Of a stretch of 64,000 bases of DNA, positions 12,170 through 25,627 are shown one piece after another (position 1 is the first letter of the stretch; each line of letters opens with the position of its first letter). The translations under genes and the position numbers were made by a program. Under the pieces are notes generated by a model. That model was given only the letters and a program-made list of their open reading frames with translations. It was not told the DNA's origin and did no database searches. The stretch is from Balanoglossus misakiensis (taxonomy: Eukaryota > Animalia > Hemichordata): NCBI GenBank assembly GCA_040954595.2, contig CM082577.2, positions 8,767,846 to 8,831,845 of the forward strand. Reading direction: 5' to 3'.

Positions 12170-15100
12170 CTGGGGGGAAAACACAGAAAAGAACCTTGTT
12201 ATTATAAAAGCCACATACAGAGTCACTGTGCAATGTAAAAAAAATAAACAATTTCAAATAGTGCTACAAACAAACGATTTCGGCTATTTCACTTACACAA
12301 CCGCACACACAAAAATCAGAATAGTTCTCATGTTGTTTACAACTATAAGTCACGCTATGTAAAAAAGTCAGGAAATACACAATTGGAATGTTTATCAATT
12401 GGCTCTGGTTTCTCTACGACACGAGGTGTTCGGTGTTACATCGAGGTGTTACTTCGCCCGGACATAAACATTTTTCATTCTAAATCCCGCACAGTTTGTT
12501 ATGGCAAGCTGCTCTTTTTGCAGTGCCTTCAAGTAAACAAACTGCGATGTCAAACCTTTATAGTGCCTGTGTGGGTGACATAAATTTGCTGGATTTCTAA
12601 ACAGTTCATTGCAGTATTTACAGAAACACTTCCATCCGCGGAAGACATTCTGCACTAAAAAGGGGGCCGGTGGCTATTTGTGGAAAAGAAACCCTAAACT
12701 TACAACAACTTGGAGTGTTAATCAAATCGTTGGGAGTTTATCTGGAATATACAAACTCAAACGCACGCACGGTCTAAAACTAAGTTGGTCCTTGCCTGAA
12801 CAAAAACAGACCTGTTTCTTTTTATTTGGAAACTTCACTGGGTGGCAGGCAGTTCCTGTTATCTGATTAATGAACCCCCACTTTGTCGAAGATATCCATA
12901 TCATTCCGCTTGTAGTTAACAAAATCAACAGAATTATTGGCTTGTCAAGACAAAATCGCATAACTAACCATGCAGCTAAAAGGGGAGAGCCGATAAGAAC
13001 TATAACCGCAAACTTAGTGAACAAAATCGGTAATTAATTTGCCAGAGTGGAAGCGGCCATATCCCACAAAGCTGCCCGGCATCCCTGAAATTTTTTATTT
13101 TTTATTCCAAGTTCTTAAAATATGATTTCTCAAAGATCCAACATTGGAATTTTAGATTTCAGAGATTGTAAACTGACAGACCATCGAGACACCGAGATCC
13201 CCCCCCCAAAAAAGGCCAGTCATTCACTCATTCTCTGTGAAAATTGAGCCAGCCCACCCGTCGAGCTAAAACAGGAGGTTTCTGGGGAGCCAGCCATCAA
13301 CATCACGTTTGAATCTCATTTTCCTCACTCCAAAACCCAATCTTCCACATTTCATGTTATCACAACAGCCTCATTAGTACAATTGAAAGAATCCGTCATC
13401 AAATATTCATGAATTGTGTCGTTTTTTTTTTTAATTCTGATTGTCGTACCGACAATATTTCAGGTCTATCTTCTGGTCTATCCAGGGTCTCCCCTCTCTC
13501 TCCCCCCCCCCCCCCACTCTCATTTCCCTGGCGACCGCATGCCACTAAAAAGGTGCACCTGTTAAGACATGTCTATTGTTTTGTCTGGCGAGCGTTTGGG
13601 GGGTACAGGAGAGGCTCGTGCCCTTCTATACAAAATCGATTTCTTTCCCAAGCCCACAAGCAAGGTCCCACATAACAAGCTCCCCCGTTCCTTCCCCTAT
13701 TATCAGAAGAGGCCTTGTCTGTTTTTTTCAGAGGGCACGCTTTTATTCTCCAGACAATACCAATGCCATTCACTGCAGCCACATTCAACGGCTTTTACGC
13801 ATACAATGACTGAAGTTCTATTGATTTGTCGGACCCTATACTAGCCACTGTCTCCTGATCTGCCATTGTGTTCGGCGCGCGTTTGGCTCTGTACAGAGGA
13901 GTATATCCCCGGCGCTCAATGACACGTCGACACAAACGCCTCTGATTCAGAACTGCCATTCAGAGATGACCATCGATTAAAGCACGATCTATAAATTGTA
14001 ACAGGTCTTCCCGTGTGCTCTGACAGAGTGGCCCATTAACTAACCGTTTCGAACTTTCACAGTTTCTGACACTTGGTTTAAGTGCCGACACTGTAGAGTT
14101 CCCTCACTTAGCGGAAATTACCTTTCTTGTTACTGGACCACCACGCATCAGAAACAAGAAATAACAAAGCAAGAAAAAAAAGGACAACTTCTATTGTTTA
14201 AACTTAAGCGCATCTCTGATCCCCATTACTGTCAGAAAAGACGACTGCACCCACACTACAGTCTGTAATCTGCAAATCCTCATTTAATCCCAATTGTTGA
14301 AGTCAACAGACGACAGCTATGCGCCAAAACATTGCTTATTCCTGGCAAAATCCTTTTCAAAGGGACCATGTTTTCAAACTGTGCCCATCAGTTAAAGAAG
14401 ATCAGGAGAATGTTCCCCAGGCTTACGACATTTAGCATCAAATGGGGATTACCTTCTGTAAATTGGCTATACACATACAGTAAGGAGACTGTCAAATCAG
14501 CCAAAACAATTCCTGTTTACCTGCAGATGTACCGAACGCTTCAAGCTATGAAATTTAGAATTTCTGAGTCACAGCTGAGTGGATATGACACTTTGCTTTG
14601 ATTGACCGACTGCCTGATCTTTGTCGATGATAGATCATTTCAACATTTCTGGTTTTTGTATGATTCTTTGGGTTAATTCACAGAAGCCCTGACATGAAAT
14701 GTTAAGCACTGAAGTTGACCTTTGCTTTGGCTTCGAAACATGCCTGGACAATTAGGCTTTCATTTTTTTTCCAGAAAATATATCGGTTTGACCAGAGGGA
14801 AAATAACCAAGCTCCCTCAGTTCCAGTCCACAGCACCTTTTTACTTGTCCGCATTGGCGCACACTGTTTTTTTACCTTCTTTTCTTTCAGGAGTGCGTCT
14901 TGAATGTGAATGAACAGAGGGAAGGAATGCCATAAAAAAATTCTTTGTAAAACCCGTTTTCTTTTCTTCAGCGGGCAGAAAGATTTTAACTGCAGGTTTA
15001 CGTTGTCTATTAATATAATGTTGACACTGGTCCCAAGCCTCATAACGCCCGGAGTAACAAGAAGCAACACGTGGGATCAACATGTAAATCGTGACACGAC

Positions 15101-15769
15101 ACCGAAATCACACCTTGCGGTCATTTCGTTACGATCGAATCACCTTTAAAGATCCATTAGCTGCAACTTTCTGATTTTTTTTCTTCAGAATTTTTGTTTT
15201 GATTATCCACTGCAGTTTTTTAATAAGAATCCCTGAAGAATGATGGAGTGTCCAGTATTTTAGGTTATCATCAAAACCTATATATGCATACTGTAGACAG
15301 CGTTGTTATTGTTGAAAACTGATTTCAAGTCCGGACTTGAATTCATTTGTCAACAACAACAGCTGTTACATACGAGGGACAACTTGGTCAGTTCAGCATG
15401 GTACAGAGAGTAGAAAAAGAGACTGTTTTACTGAAAAAAAATTACTCGAAAATTACTCATTGGACCTTTTCAGAAGTAAAACAACCAACAGTCTGAGACT
15501 TATATACGTGCCTATGGTAAACAACCTGTGCAGAGTGCAGATGCCCCCCCCCAAGTTCAAGAACCTGTTTAGTTTCAAAGATACCGAACCTGACCAAAAC
15601 CCAAATATACACACACACCCAACCATCCAGTCTAAATCTTTCCCCTGGCTTAAAATTAACACAGGATGTTTGGAGCTGGGCGCCCCAAAGGTCATGGTTA
15701 GATGTCAAGTCGATCAATCTCATTCTGGTGCAGGAGACACTGTGTGGAGAATTCGAATGCTACACTTAC

Positions 15770-15826
15770 CGAAATCACTGGCACAGAATGCAGTCATGAG
15801 TTCCGTATCATTACACGGCCTGCAGT
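15770..15826 (-). CDS. METRNL: Meteorin-like protein, coding exon 3 (57 bp)
   Basis: TTTCAG|AC TGC AGG CCG TGT AAT GAT ACG GAA CTC ATG ACT GCA TTC TGT GCC AGT GAT TTC G|GTAAGT encodes DCRPCNDTELMTAFCASDF, matching the family motif CRPCSDTEVLLAVCTSDF. Phase 1/1 joins exons 2 and 4 in frame. Absent from the ORF track. Confidence 0.93.
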
Positions 15827-17776
15827 CTGAAATGGGAGAGAAAAAAGGGGGGACAAAAAATTAGTTGAATCTTGGCAACGAATGACGATACAGTCATTTC
15901 ATCTGATAAAACACCACTTTTCGACATACAACTTCTGGAAATCATACCAGACAACTTTTCCAAACGTGTAAATACCACCAAAACATTCTTTAATCAGATA
16001 ATAACCCTCCTACTGTAAGATTTAGACAAATACTATATTGTGCTTATAGCGAACTGGACAACCTCCCCCCCCCCCCCCCAACACAATAAAAAACCTGACC
16101 TGGAACAGAGAATGAATGAGACTGAAGTCAAACGAAGAACAACAATAGGCAACAAAATGCACACGCAACTGATAGGGTTAAAATTCTATAGAACCTTACC
16201 AGTTGTGTGTGCAATTTTTTTTCAATAGACAATATATATGCCAGTATCAGCTCATAGCTGAATAGTAGTGAAAGACCACTTAGATTCTTATTGAATGATA
16301 GTCCAGAATTTATCCATTTGGTGCCTCAGTTCTGAACAAACTTTTAGTTTTACATTATATAATTAAGTTCACATGTCCCAGTTGAATTGCTGCAAGGGTC
16401 AGGTTGGCCTGAAAGACAGGTTGGGGACTCTTTTTTGTAATGCATTTTTATTGTGTCCGTCGGTGTATAATGAATATGCATTGCCCGGGAATGTCGGAGT
16501 TTAAGTGAAGCCCAGAAGGCACGGTGCACTTTGTGTGCTAGCTGTTTTTAATGCATGCATAGTCTTAACACCGCCGACACCAGAATAGTTATCGGATAGT
16601 GTTCTGTGTAATTGGGCCTGAATTACAATCGATTTGGAGATGATTAAAACACTTGGAATCGGGTTTAAATCAAATTATCTGTCTAATCCCTCTTGAATGC
16701 AGAGGGTGCATGCTACAGTATAAATGCAGCCACGGAACTGTGGAGGTTATGATTGGGCGGTTAGAGAATCACAACCTGCAGATCACTGATCAGTGCTGCA
16801 GATTGAAATCGAAATGTGTCATGGTCTGGACACGAACTGGTACAGGGATTGGGGTATGATACCCATGTACACATGGTGTTATAGACGCAGATGTTACTTG
16901 TCAGTGGCCTACCCTGCCGTGTTGCAAGGCCAAACTCTAAAGCCGGTGCAGATTTTAGAAACTGTCTCCGAAAATACCCGTCAAAACAACATCAATTAGA
17001 GAACAATCTGCGAAACAATTTTTTCGGGGGCATTTAGATATAACTGCATGCTCCCCACAAGACAACATTCCAAATGGGGCATGACCAGTGTTTAGATTAG
17101 AGTTGAATAATTACTCGCACTTCTGCGAGCTGAATTTTAATTACCACAAGAATCCAAAACTTGTTCTTGCGCAAATAGTGTTGTAAAAACAGACTCCCAT
17201 TTGCTGTGCAAACTTACGACAATCAGCACATAGTACATCCCAACGGAAAAAAAAAAACATTCTTTGCCAATACATTTATAAACGTACATTCTTTTTGGTG
17301 AATTACGTGGCATTTTTTGCAGCCCTATATAATGATTCTGGAAAGAAAGAAAAAATTATACGACAAAAAGTGCAAGTCGCAAATTTTCCCGCAAGTTGTC
17401 AAAATGCCATTGACTTCCTCATTGAGTGCCTAGCGAAGTCTGCCCACAGAATTTCTATTTGATTGATAATCTTTTTATTTTCCCTTTTCATTGATGCTTT
17501 TGTTTCGGGGCTGAAAGGTGTTCTGTTCACCTCCACCCATTGGCGGGCCAGACCAATGTTCTCAGGTATTGAAGGCAGTCCTGCACATACAACACACCTA
17601 TTTGTAGTAAAGCATTCAGGCCACTACCCTCGCAATCAAACAAACCTTTGCTTTTGAAAAGAGAGGAGATAAAAAAAATCAAGGGGTCGGATTTTCGGGG
17701 GCTGTGGTGGAACAATTCCTGACTTGCTCAGACTGCAGCAGACGACGGTGTTACCTGGGATAGGATTCTGAGCACT

Positions 17777-17801
17777 GGGGGGGGGGGGGGGGGGGGGGGG
17801 G
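17777..17801. repeat. poly-G tract (others at ~30048-30062 and ~47108-47128; many poly-C tracts)
   Basis: Homopolymer run read directly. Confidence 0.9.
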
Positions 17802-18426
17802 GAGAGACTACAGCCACGCCGTCCTGAGACCATCAACAACATTAGTCATGCATAGTTGTATCAGCAATCTGGATATGAATAGAGGACATTACAGTCATAG
17901 TCACAGCGAACACACCTGAGTTTACCGAGTGCTTTTTATTCTCCAACCTTTTTTCTCTGCCCATTCCAAGTTAATGATCCAATCCGCCTTTCATCAAGGT
18001 GCACCAGCCAATGATATTGCTCCGATATGAAGCACTTTATAACAATCAAGTTGCCAGGCACTCCTCTCTCTCTGCCAAAAAAAAAGTTTGCGGCCATTTG
18101 TAGGGGGGGGACGATGGAATTCGAGGCACTTCTATGCCACTTGGCTTCTGAGGGCCCCGTTTTCTACGCTTGGCTGACTCCGTCCAAAGGACAAGGTGTC
18201 GAGCCGGCGGAATACTGCATGACCAAGCTGGCATATCCCACGGACATGGTACAATGAATCCAAAACATACATGGAAAATTAGAACCTACAATTACAACTT
18301 TGAGGGTGATGGTGGGTGATACAGTAAAAGATTGACTGGTGAGAGACTTGAAAAGTTGCAGGCTATGATTTTAATGTTATACTTCTGATCATCGGTGATT
18401 CGAGTGGTTTGTTAGATTCCCACGTA

Positions 18427-18863
18427 CAGTGCAGCTTAGGAATAGCTTTCCAACTGCACCAACACTGGGTCAGCTCTGTTTAAACACTGGGTCAACTCTG
18501 GGTTGGCACCCTATTGGCGCTCTAATTAGCACCTATTGGGCTTGTGTTTAACTGGGGTGTGCCAAAACAATAGGGTGCTCCAAGGTGCTAACACTGAACA
18601 ATGCCAAGTGCCAGGGCCAACAGATTCACACCTTTGTAACACTTGGAACACACAGGCTAACACTGTGTGCCAAAACAATAGGGTGCGCCAAGGTTTAACA
18701 CCTTTGTAGCACATGCTAACACTGAACAATGCCAAGTGCCAGGGCCAACAGATTCACACCTTTGTAACACTTGGAACACACAGGCTAACACTGTGTTGGC
18801 TCATTATAAACACCGTGTCAGCAAGTTGTTAGCAAATTGGAAAGCTATTCCTAAGCTGCACTG
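18427..18863. mobile_element. Tc1/mariner-type MITE (437 bp) in intron 2 of the meteorin-like gene
   Basis: Perfect 27-bp TIRs CAGTGCAGCTTAGGAATAGCTTTCCAA (18427-18453) / TTGGAAAGCTATTCCTAAGCTGCACTG (18837-18863), with TA on both sides. Internal ~110-130-bp direct duplication (~18557-18796). Confidence 0.9.
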
Positions 18864-21800
18864 TACCACACGCACTGTTGTACCTGTGATTAGACCGAAA
18901 TCAGCACACACAAACTGACTTATCACCAGTTAGTTTAGTAATTTTTCTCACAGGATTAAACTCTGGACAGACTTTATCTTGAGCTTGCAACTGAGATAAC
19001 AGTGCTACAAAGGGGACGACTGAAGTGCAGGAAGAGCCCAATGCTTGCTCAGCAATCAACGCTTGCTTAAAAAGCTCCCAACGGTTGCCGACCATCATAA
19101 ATAGTGGACCGACCTGAAATTGTTCATGAACAGTGGATTACTTAGGCATAGCAATTCCACGGTTGCCATGGGGTTTTTCTGCTCTCTGACTGCCGCGCTA
19201 AATCGCAAGTAAACAACGGATTGCCTCCCCGAGTTCTGTGCGGCGCGGCGGCACTGCCAAATCCAAAATTAGGCCCGGCAGGAAAGGCCAGATTAGGTTG
19301 CCGGTCTCACAGGGTGATTTCCATCATGTCTCAGCCCACTCAAGGGTTACCTGTCACCGGTGCCTTGCCCTATAGTCAGTCACTGACCCGTCCGGTTTGT
19401 CAACAAAATTATTAGCGGGACAGAGCAAATATTTGTCGAAATTCTACAATTTCGGTTCTGCCAATGTACCCGCAATTGGCCAAACCAGCTCAATTCTTGT
19501 CAACTCGTGCATATTCCCTTTTACAAAGGGCTCTTAAAATATTGGCGTGGTGCCAAAAGAGCGCAAGGTAAGGGAGTATAGTTTTCTCGGTGCCCTGGCG
19601 GGCTGGGGTCATTCCCTCAGAAACGGACAAAGCATAATAGAATGTGGGATTTTAAATATCCCAGTGTCTGTCTGCCAGGTTTCTGGGCCGAGCAAATCAA
19701 CTTTCAGTATACCTTTGGACTTTTCGCCTTTTAAAAACCTCAACACAAAAAGCCTGACGAGGACCCTTGAAAAACGGTGAATTGCACTTCAGAATTCTTT
19801 GGCGGGAAAAAGCTACCCTTGAGTGGATGGCAGGGGGTTTATGGACAAACTCCAGCAAAGCATGCTGGGAGATTCCCCCAACCCTTGGCTCCATATCTTG
19901 CTCTCTCTCTCTATTCAAGTAGGATTTTGATGGTCATTAGTTGATAAAACTCTGGTCAACATTCCAGAACTGGCAAGCTATGCAGTAATCTCATTTTAGG
20001 TCACCAATATTTCCTCTGGCCTTTTAACAATCGCCGACATGCACCTGAACAAATTCCAGTTCTGTCGGTCAGCGTAATCTCAGAGTGGTACGTCGTGTTC
20101 TGCGCCACAAGTCGAGACGCCTGCTTTTCGCACGTCTTACCCAGCCAGCATTAAATGACATAATTCATTAGAACTGCACGAAAAACAATTCATAACAAAA
20201 ATGTTTCACATCCATCACTCTGACACCCAAGATGTAGAAACAAAAAAACAACACAGAACACAACAAGCTTCATCCACCCTCAGCTTTCATAAATCAAATC
20301 CTTTTCTCCCTTCCCAGGGGCTGAAATCAAAAACCCAGATAAAAATACCGCGAGAGATATTTAGTAGCACACATTATAAATTTTATTGCCACATTTTAAT
20401 GCGGTAATATTTCAAAATTACTTTTCGATACTGGTGGTCTTTATGATGTGAATAAAATATGGAACATTGGTTCTTGTAAACGGCTGGTGATGAATGCTAT
20501 CATTTCTCCGTGGTGAGTCATTTGAGGTTTGTTGATGTACCCTGCATATCATTCATATAACTTTATTCTTCCCATTTGGGTCTCCCATATAAGGTATTCT
20601 CTCACAGGCTCGCTCTTCTTTATCTTTACTCGAACGGACAAAAAAATGTTGACCCTTGTCATATTTGTACATGGTTATTTTTTCTCCGATACGTACAATT
20701 ACAGGAACCTCATCCAACTTTTCCAGGCAAAGTTGACGTATTTTCTCTTTTGTCAGATATCCTGATACTGCTTCAAACATTTTCGTCACGCCCAAGTTAT
20801 GTGAAGAAAAACTTCCAGCAGTATATTACATTGTAACAGCTAGTACATTGTCAAAGTTGTGCTGAGGATGTGAACCTTAATCTCAGTGTTGTGATAGATT
20901 TCGGTTTTAAGCCAGACGCGATAGAGCAATAAGCATTGCAATGTAAAAAGAGGTCAAGAAACCCTCACACTATCTGCAGCGTGGATCAGGCCAGACCGTA
21001 AATACAAGTTGCAGTTAATGCTCTTGAATTTACTCCATGCTGAAAGTGGTTTGACAGCCAAACAAAAGATTACAAGTGACCTAATTCCCATCCTTTCCAG
21101 CGAAGGCACCCATCAGTCATCGGTATCTTTATCGTTTTCCATGTTCTAAAATGCGAGCAGCTTCACGCAAAGCCAGTACAGTAAACCCATGCCTGCAGTT
21201 GAGTCATCGAATGAAATATATACCATAACAACACCTCTGGTTTTGCGCGATTTTTCAGTTTACCCCTCCCATTACTGTTTGGTTTCCGTATCTCAAAGTG
21301 TATATGCTCTGTCCACAACTGACAATGCGAGCAGAAAATCAAAACTGTGACTTTTTGTTGACTGAAATATGCTCGGACTGACGTACAGTAAATAAACATG
21401 CGCTCAAGGACCACACATGCTTGACAACTCAATAAACACACAAGACATTACCAGGGAGACATTTTTCCCACATCTTTTATTCCCATTGCCCGACACGCAC
21501 ATCACCAAGGAGACGCAACATCCCCACGCAAATGTCCCTCCATTGTTCCTCCGAGAAAGGGACCCAGTGAATCCCTGAGTCTTCACTGAAACCGTCCCTT
21601 TTCACACTCAAAATTAGCATACTCAACTGGATCTCACACGACTTGACAAACCACGTACATTCGAGTACCGATACGAGACACAGATAAATCACAGCCAGGA
21701 ACATTTATAAACTTTTTGAAATCCAATCCTACTGTTGTATATATTTTATGTTGCCTGCCACCCAACCCTTCCATTAGTCAAGTTTCCCCCCTTTTTTTTG

Positions 21801-24800
21801 CGCTCGCTGTTTGTTGCCAGATATGGCCTGTCTTGTGTATCAACACCCACGTTATTCAAGCCTTCTTTGGTGTGTGTAAATTTGCACGCAATAAATCGCG
21901 ACATCTGATATCAAAAGATGAGCTTGATTATCAGAGTTATAGGTCTGTTCCTTTTCTAGTTAGCAGAGGGGGGATGCTGTCATAACTTAATTCCCACCCT
22001 GCAAATGTGACACAACTATACAGACAGGCATCTGTTCGAAATCAACTAATCTGAGGTGTGAAGACAATTCCGAAGGCATATATCATGCACTGTCCCTGCA
22101 ATCTAGGAAAAACTCGCATCTTCCGAGAGTTAAAAAAAAATTCTGGAAAAATACTTATGGGTTACAAGGAATTCAGGCCCACATCTGGAAAGAACCAAAA
22201 TTTCCCACACGCTGCTAAGCCCCATGTAAAGCAGTCCAGTCAATACCCCACACAAATAAGGTGCACACACACACGCATACATAGTCCCATTCATTCTCTC
22301 GCTCCATTATACCTTGTGTTAAAGGTTCTTGACTGTATAGAACCCTGTTTACCTTTGACTTGAAAATCACCCATTTTACATTTTCATCAGCCGTTTCTAT
22401 AAATTAAATCGCTGTGGTAACTTTTTGTGTGATACACTGCAAACTCCTTTTGTCCTAAAGATATGTCCACAGAGGAAATTAGAAATTCATGCCGATTACT
22501 ATTTATTTTTTCGACTCCCCCACGATGTTCTCTTGTTTTAAAAATTAACAGATTCTACCAATTCAGTGATTTCAGTATTTCCATGGCAACTATTTTTAAT
22601 TGTCTTAACACGCAAAGCCCGGATTTATGATGGACTAAACAGACTGCACCTGATTAAGGGAATACAGAGACGCGTAAAATGACCTTACAAACGCACATAA
22701 AACACTCAGTCAACTTTCTCACACTAAAGAACGAGTTCAGCTGGTCGAGTAATTTTTTTTCTTCCGCGAATAGCGTGCCCGCCCCCAAATATGTTATTCA
22801 GCGACCAAGCCACATATGTCGGTTTCACCTCTGAAGGGCAAACGAGCAATTCCAAATAACCTCCCCACGCTATTTTCGCCCGGTTTTCTCACACACCAGA
22901 TGACCGCTGTTCAAAACATCAAAGTTGCTTCGGCTGACCTCTAGTCCTGCCAGGAGCAACGGTTTACCAGGAATACACAGGCAGCCCTAGAGTGACTGAG
23001 CGTGGAAAAAAAAACACACACACACATACGCACTCTGATCTTGGGAACCCTAGAGCCTCGATGGGACTCTCAATGGAACTGAAGATTGGCCCCAAACAAT
23101 GAGCACTGTACTCTGTATATACACACTGCTGCCTAGCCGGTGGTTTCACCGTACTCTTCATATGATCTAATTGTTCAACCAAAGATTATCCCTCCCCTGC
23201 GTTTCCCCACACCCTCCAGTTCACACAACCCCCCCCCCCCCCCGACAACTTTCCCTCTGCGACCACGAGATAATCATGCCACGATGAAAGTAGGCAGTAG
23301 ATTTTTGTCACCATTTGAAAATAGACATTTGATTCCCCCCCCCCCCATTCCCTCAGAAAGACATGTGCAAGAACCTGTGGCGTTTATTTCACAGGCAGCA
23401 ATAAAGCAGTAGTGAACTAAGCCCCCCATGACATATTTCAATCAGTTCACAACTGATAGCTGTGGGAAGATGCACATTATTTGCCAGCGACATAATTAAT
23501 TCACAGCGGAAACTTGCAAGACTCAGTGCCATCACACAAACACGTACATGTATGTAACATATTCCACACCTCAGACGGAAAATAACCAGAGGTACCCTCC
23601 CCCTTGCGAGGCACAACGCAAACACACTGAAGAGTCATTCAGCGGCGAAAGAAAGCAAATTGCTGTAAAGCCAATTACTACATCTTAAACTGCCCCAGTC
23701 AAAGAGTACTCGAAGGTCACCCGACAACACCGTATAATGGAGCAGGTCTTTTATGATGCAACCTGTCGTATTGGGAGATGTTCACATCCACTGTCTAAAC
23801 CTGATGATTATCAGAATCGAGGGAGGTTTCTTGGAAGACGCTCGGTTTTTCAAAAATAGCATCTGTATATCTGCTCACAAACATCGAACCAAAAGCATGC
23901 AGATTGCCACACACTATATACTCCAGCACTGAGCGGCATTAGGTTGTTTATATCACAAGTCAGCCAGTTACATTTGTATTGGCTTCCAAAAGCTAGGTGA
24001 CACTTGGTTACAAGCAGACATGCCAACAGACAGAAGATAGCATCTCCATGGCGACAAATCAGCCTGTCATTCCTGGATGCCTGCGATCACTGCACAAACA
24101 ACCCCCTGCCTATAAACGCTCTGCAACACACACAGAGAACACTGTATAAGATTTCAGCAAGAACCCGAAACCTTGACTCGCTTTTTGAAAGCTAAGAGCT
24201 GACAAAGAAGAACATCGTGTAACATGAAATACATATGAGACGCAGTGGTTTGAGCTTTCAGGAAGGCGAAGGCTGGTCATTACACGTATAAAGAGATCAT
24301 GAAGTCTGGACACCTAATACGTCCTCTTAGTACCCCTTCAACACAATCACTTTCCCCCACCTAACTCATGAATGTCGAGCTCCTTTGCTTTCAAACGCAC
24401 TGTTAATTGGCCAACACCGAGAGAACGACCGTGTAACAATTCAGAACGACTGAAATTTCGACATCCAGCCTCCTAGGTTTGTTTTTTTCCCTCTTTCTTT
24501 CGACACCTGACACAGAGAATGAGCTTGTGCGGAGTGAAAGGTGATGCCACCTTACACCAGTTCATTCATCGATTTATTGCCGATTTATAAATGGAACTCA
24601 GAAAACACCCACCCACCCCTGTAGGCAGGCACTGCCACCTTCTGACACGCGATACGCTCCAACTGATGCAGCGACGTGGGGGTCAGAGGTCGAGCTACTC
24701 AGTTCTACCTGTACATTGTTAAAAGTTGCTTTTCAGAATGCCTGAACACATTCTATTCATCAAGGTAGTCCGGAGTTAGTCTGGCCTTCTGCAGTCACCT

Positions 24801-25211
24801 TGTTACCCAAATCTCACCTGATAGTCTGCCCCCCCCCAAAAAAAAAATAAATAAAAAAATTCTGCTATCCTCGTGTTCGTTAATCTACTCAAAACCTATC
24901 ACTAAGGATATCTGGAATACTCAACCCCCCCCCCCACTACAACTCACAACCCAAGAAGATTTTCTACCCACTTGTCAGAGACAAAATACACAGGTCTGGG
25001 TGCCAAGGGGGATAAATTCTCTCAGTTGGTCAGTGAAAAGTGTTGTCAGAGGTCGCGGGGGTCAGCCAATCACAATCACTCCCCTCCATCATTTCAATAC
25101 CTCTTTTATACCTGCAAGCAAATGGTGTACCGAGTCACCTTTTGCAGAACCCTGGGTACTCAGAAGAAGAAACCCTGTAAACAAACACCTTGCACGCACA
25201 AACACACTTAC

Positions 25212-25627
25212 CTTGAGAAACGTCTCTTCCACTCTTCTGATTCTTCAACTCCAACGCGTACTCGAACGTCACCCTCTTCCGCTTGCCGTCCAAGTTGGGC
25301 GTCGCCTCCACGAACAGTGTGGCTCTGCCGCCGCTGGAGTCGAAGCAGTGCGTCCGTCCCAGCTGCTCTTTCCAACTGTCCACGCCGTTCGGCCTCCTCT
25401 GGTGGATGAGGGGCTCCAGTCCGCTTTTCCCCTGAACGTAGACGGTGGCACCGATGAAGTGAGGGGCGGGCTTGATGCAACCCTGGAAGTCTTCTCCTCC
25501 TCCCGAGGAACCGTCCTGGAATGTAATCCGTATTGCACCGTACGCGTAGTCCCAGTCGATGCGTCCCTTGGAACATCGCAGATAAAGCTGCCTCACGCTT
25601 TTCACCTGTGGGTCGTGGGGTAACCCA
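25212..25627 (-). CDS. METRNL: Meteorin-like protein, coding exon 2 (CUB-like domain)
   Basis: Acceptor TTTTATTTTTAG|T (phase 2), donor CAAG|GTAAGT (phase 1). Encodes GLPHDPQVKSVRQLYLRCSKGRIDWDYAYGAIRI...GCIK...GATVYV...THCF...LFVEATP...FEYAL, matching family GLTH...VEQVYLRCAAGAVEWMYPTGAL...LFVEATP...FQYEL. Confidence 0.93.

Noticed and set aside
11790-12362. 190-aa plus-strand ORF
   Set aside because: Antisense shadow of meteorin-like exon 4.
25272-25295. NLD-G-KRKR as a neuropeptide amidation or cleavage site in the meteorin-like protein
   Set aside because: It aligns with a basic loop (DIGRR) inside the folded domain of vertebrate METRNL; there is no evidence of processing.
24972-25623. 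Overlapping 145- and 207-aa plus-strand ORFs and alternative minus frames
   Set aside because: Shadows of GC-rich meteorin-like exon 2; only one frame matches the family and the splice phases.
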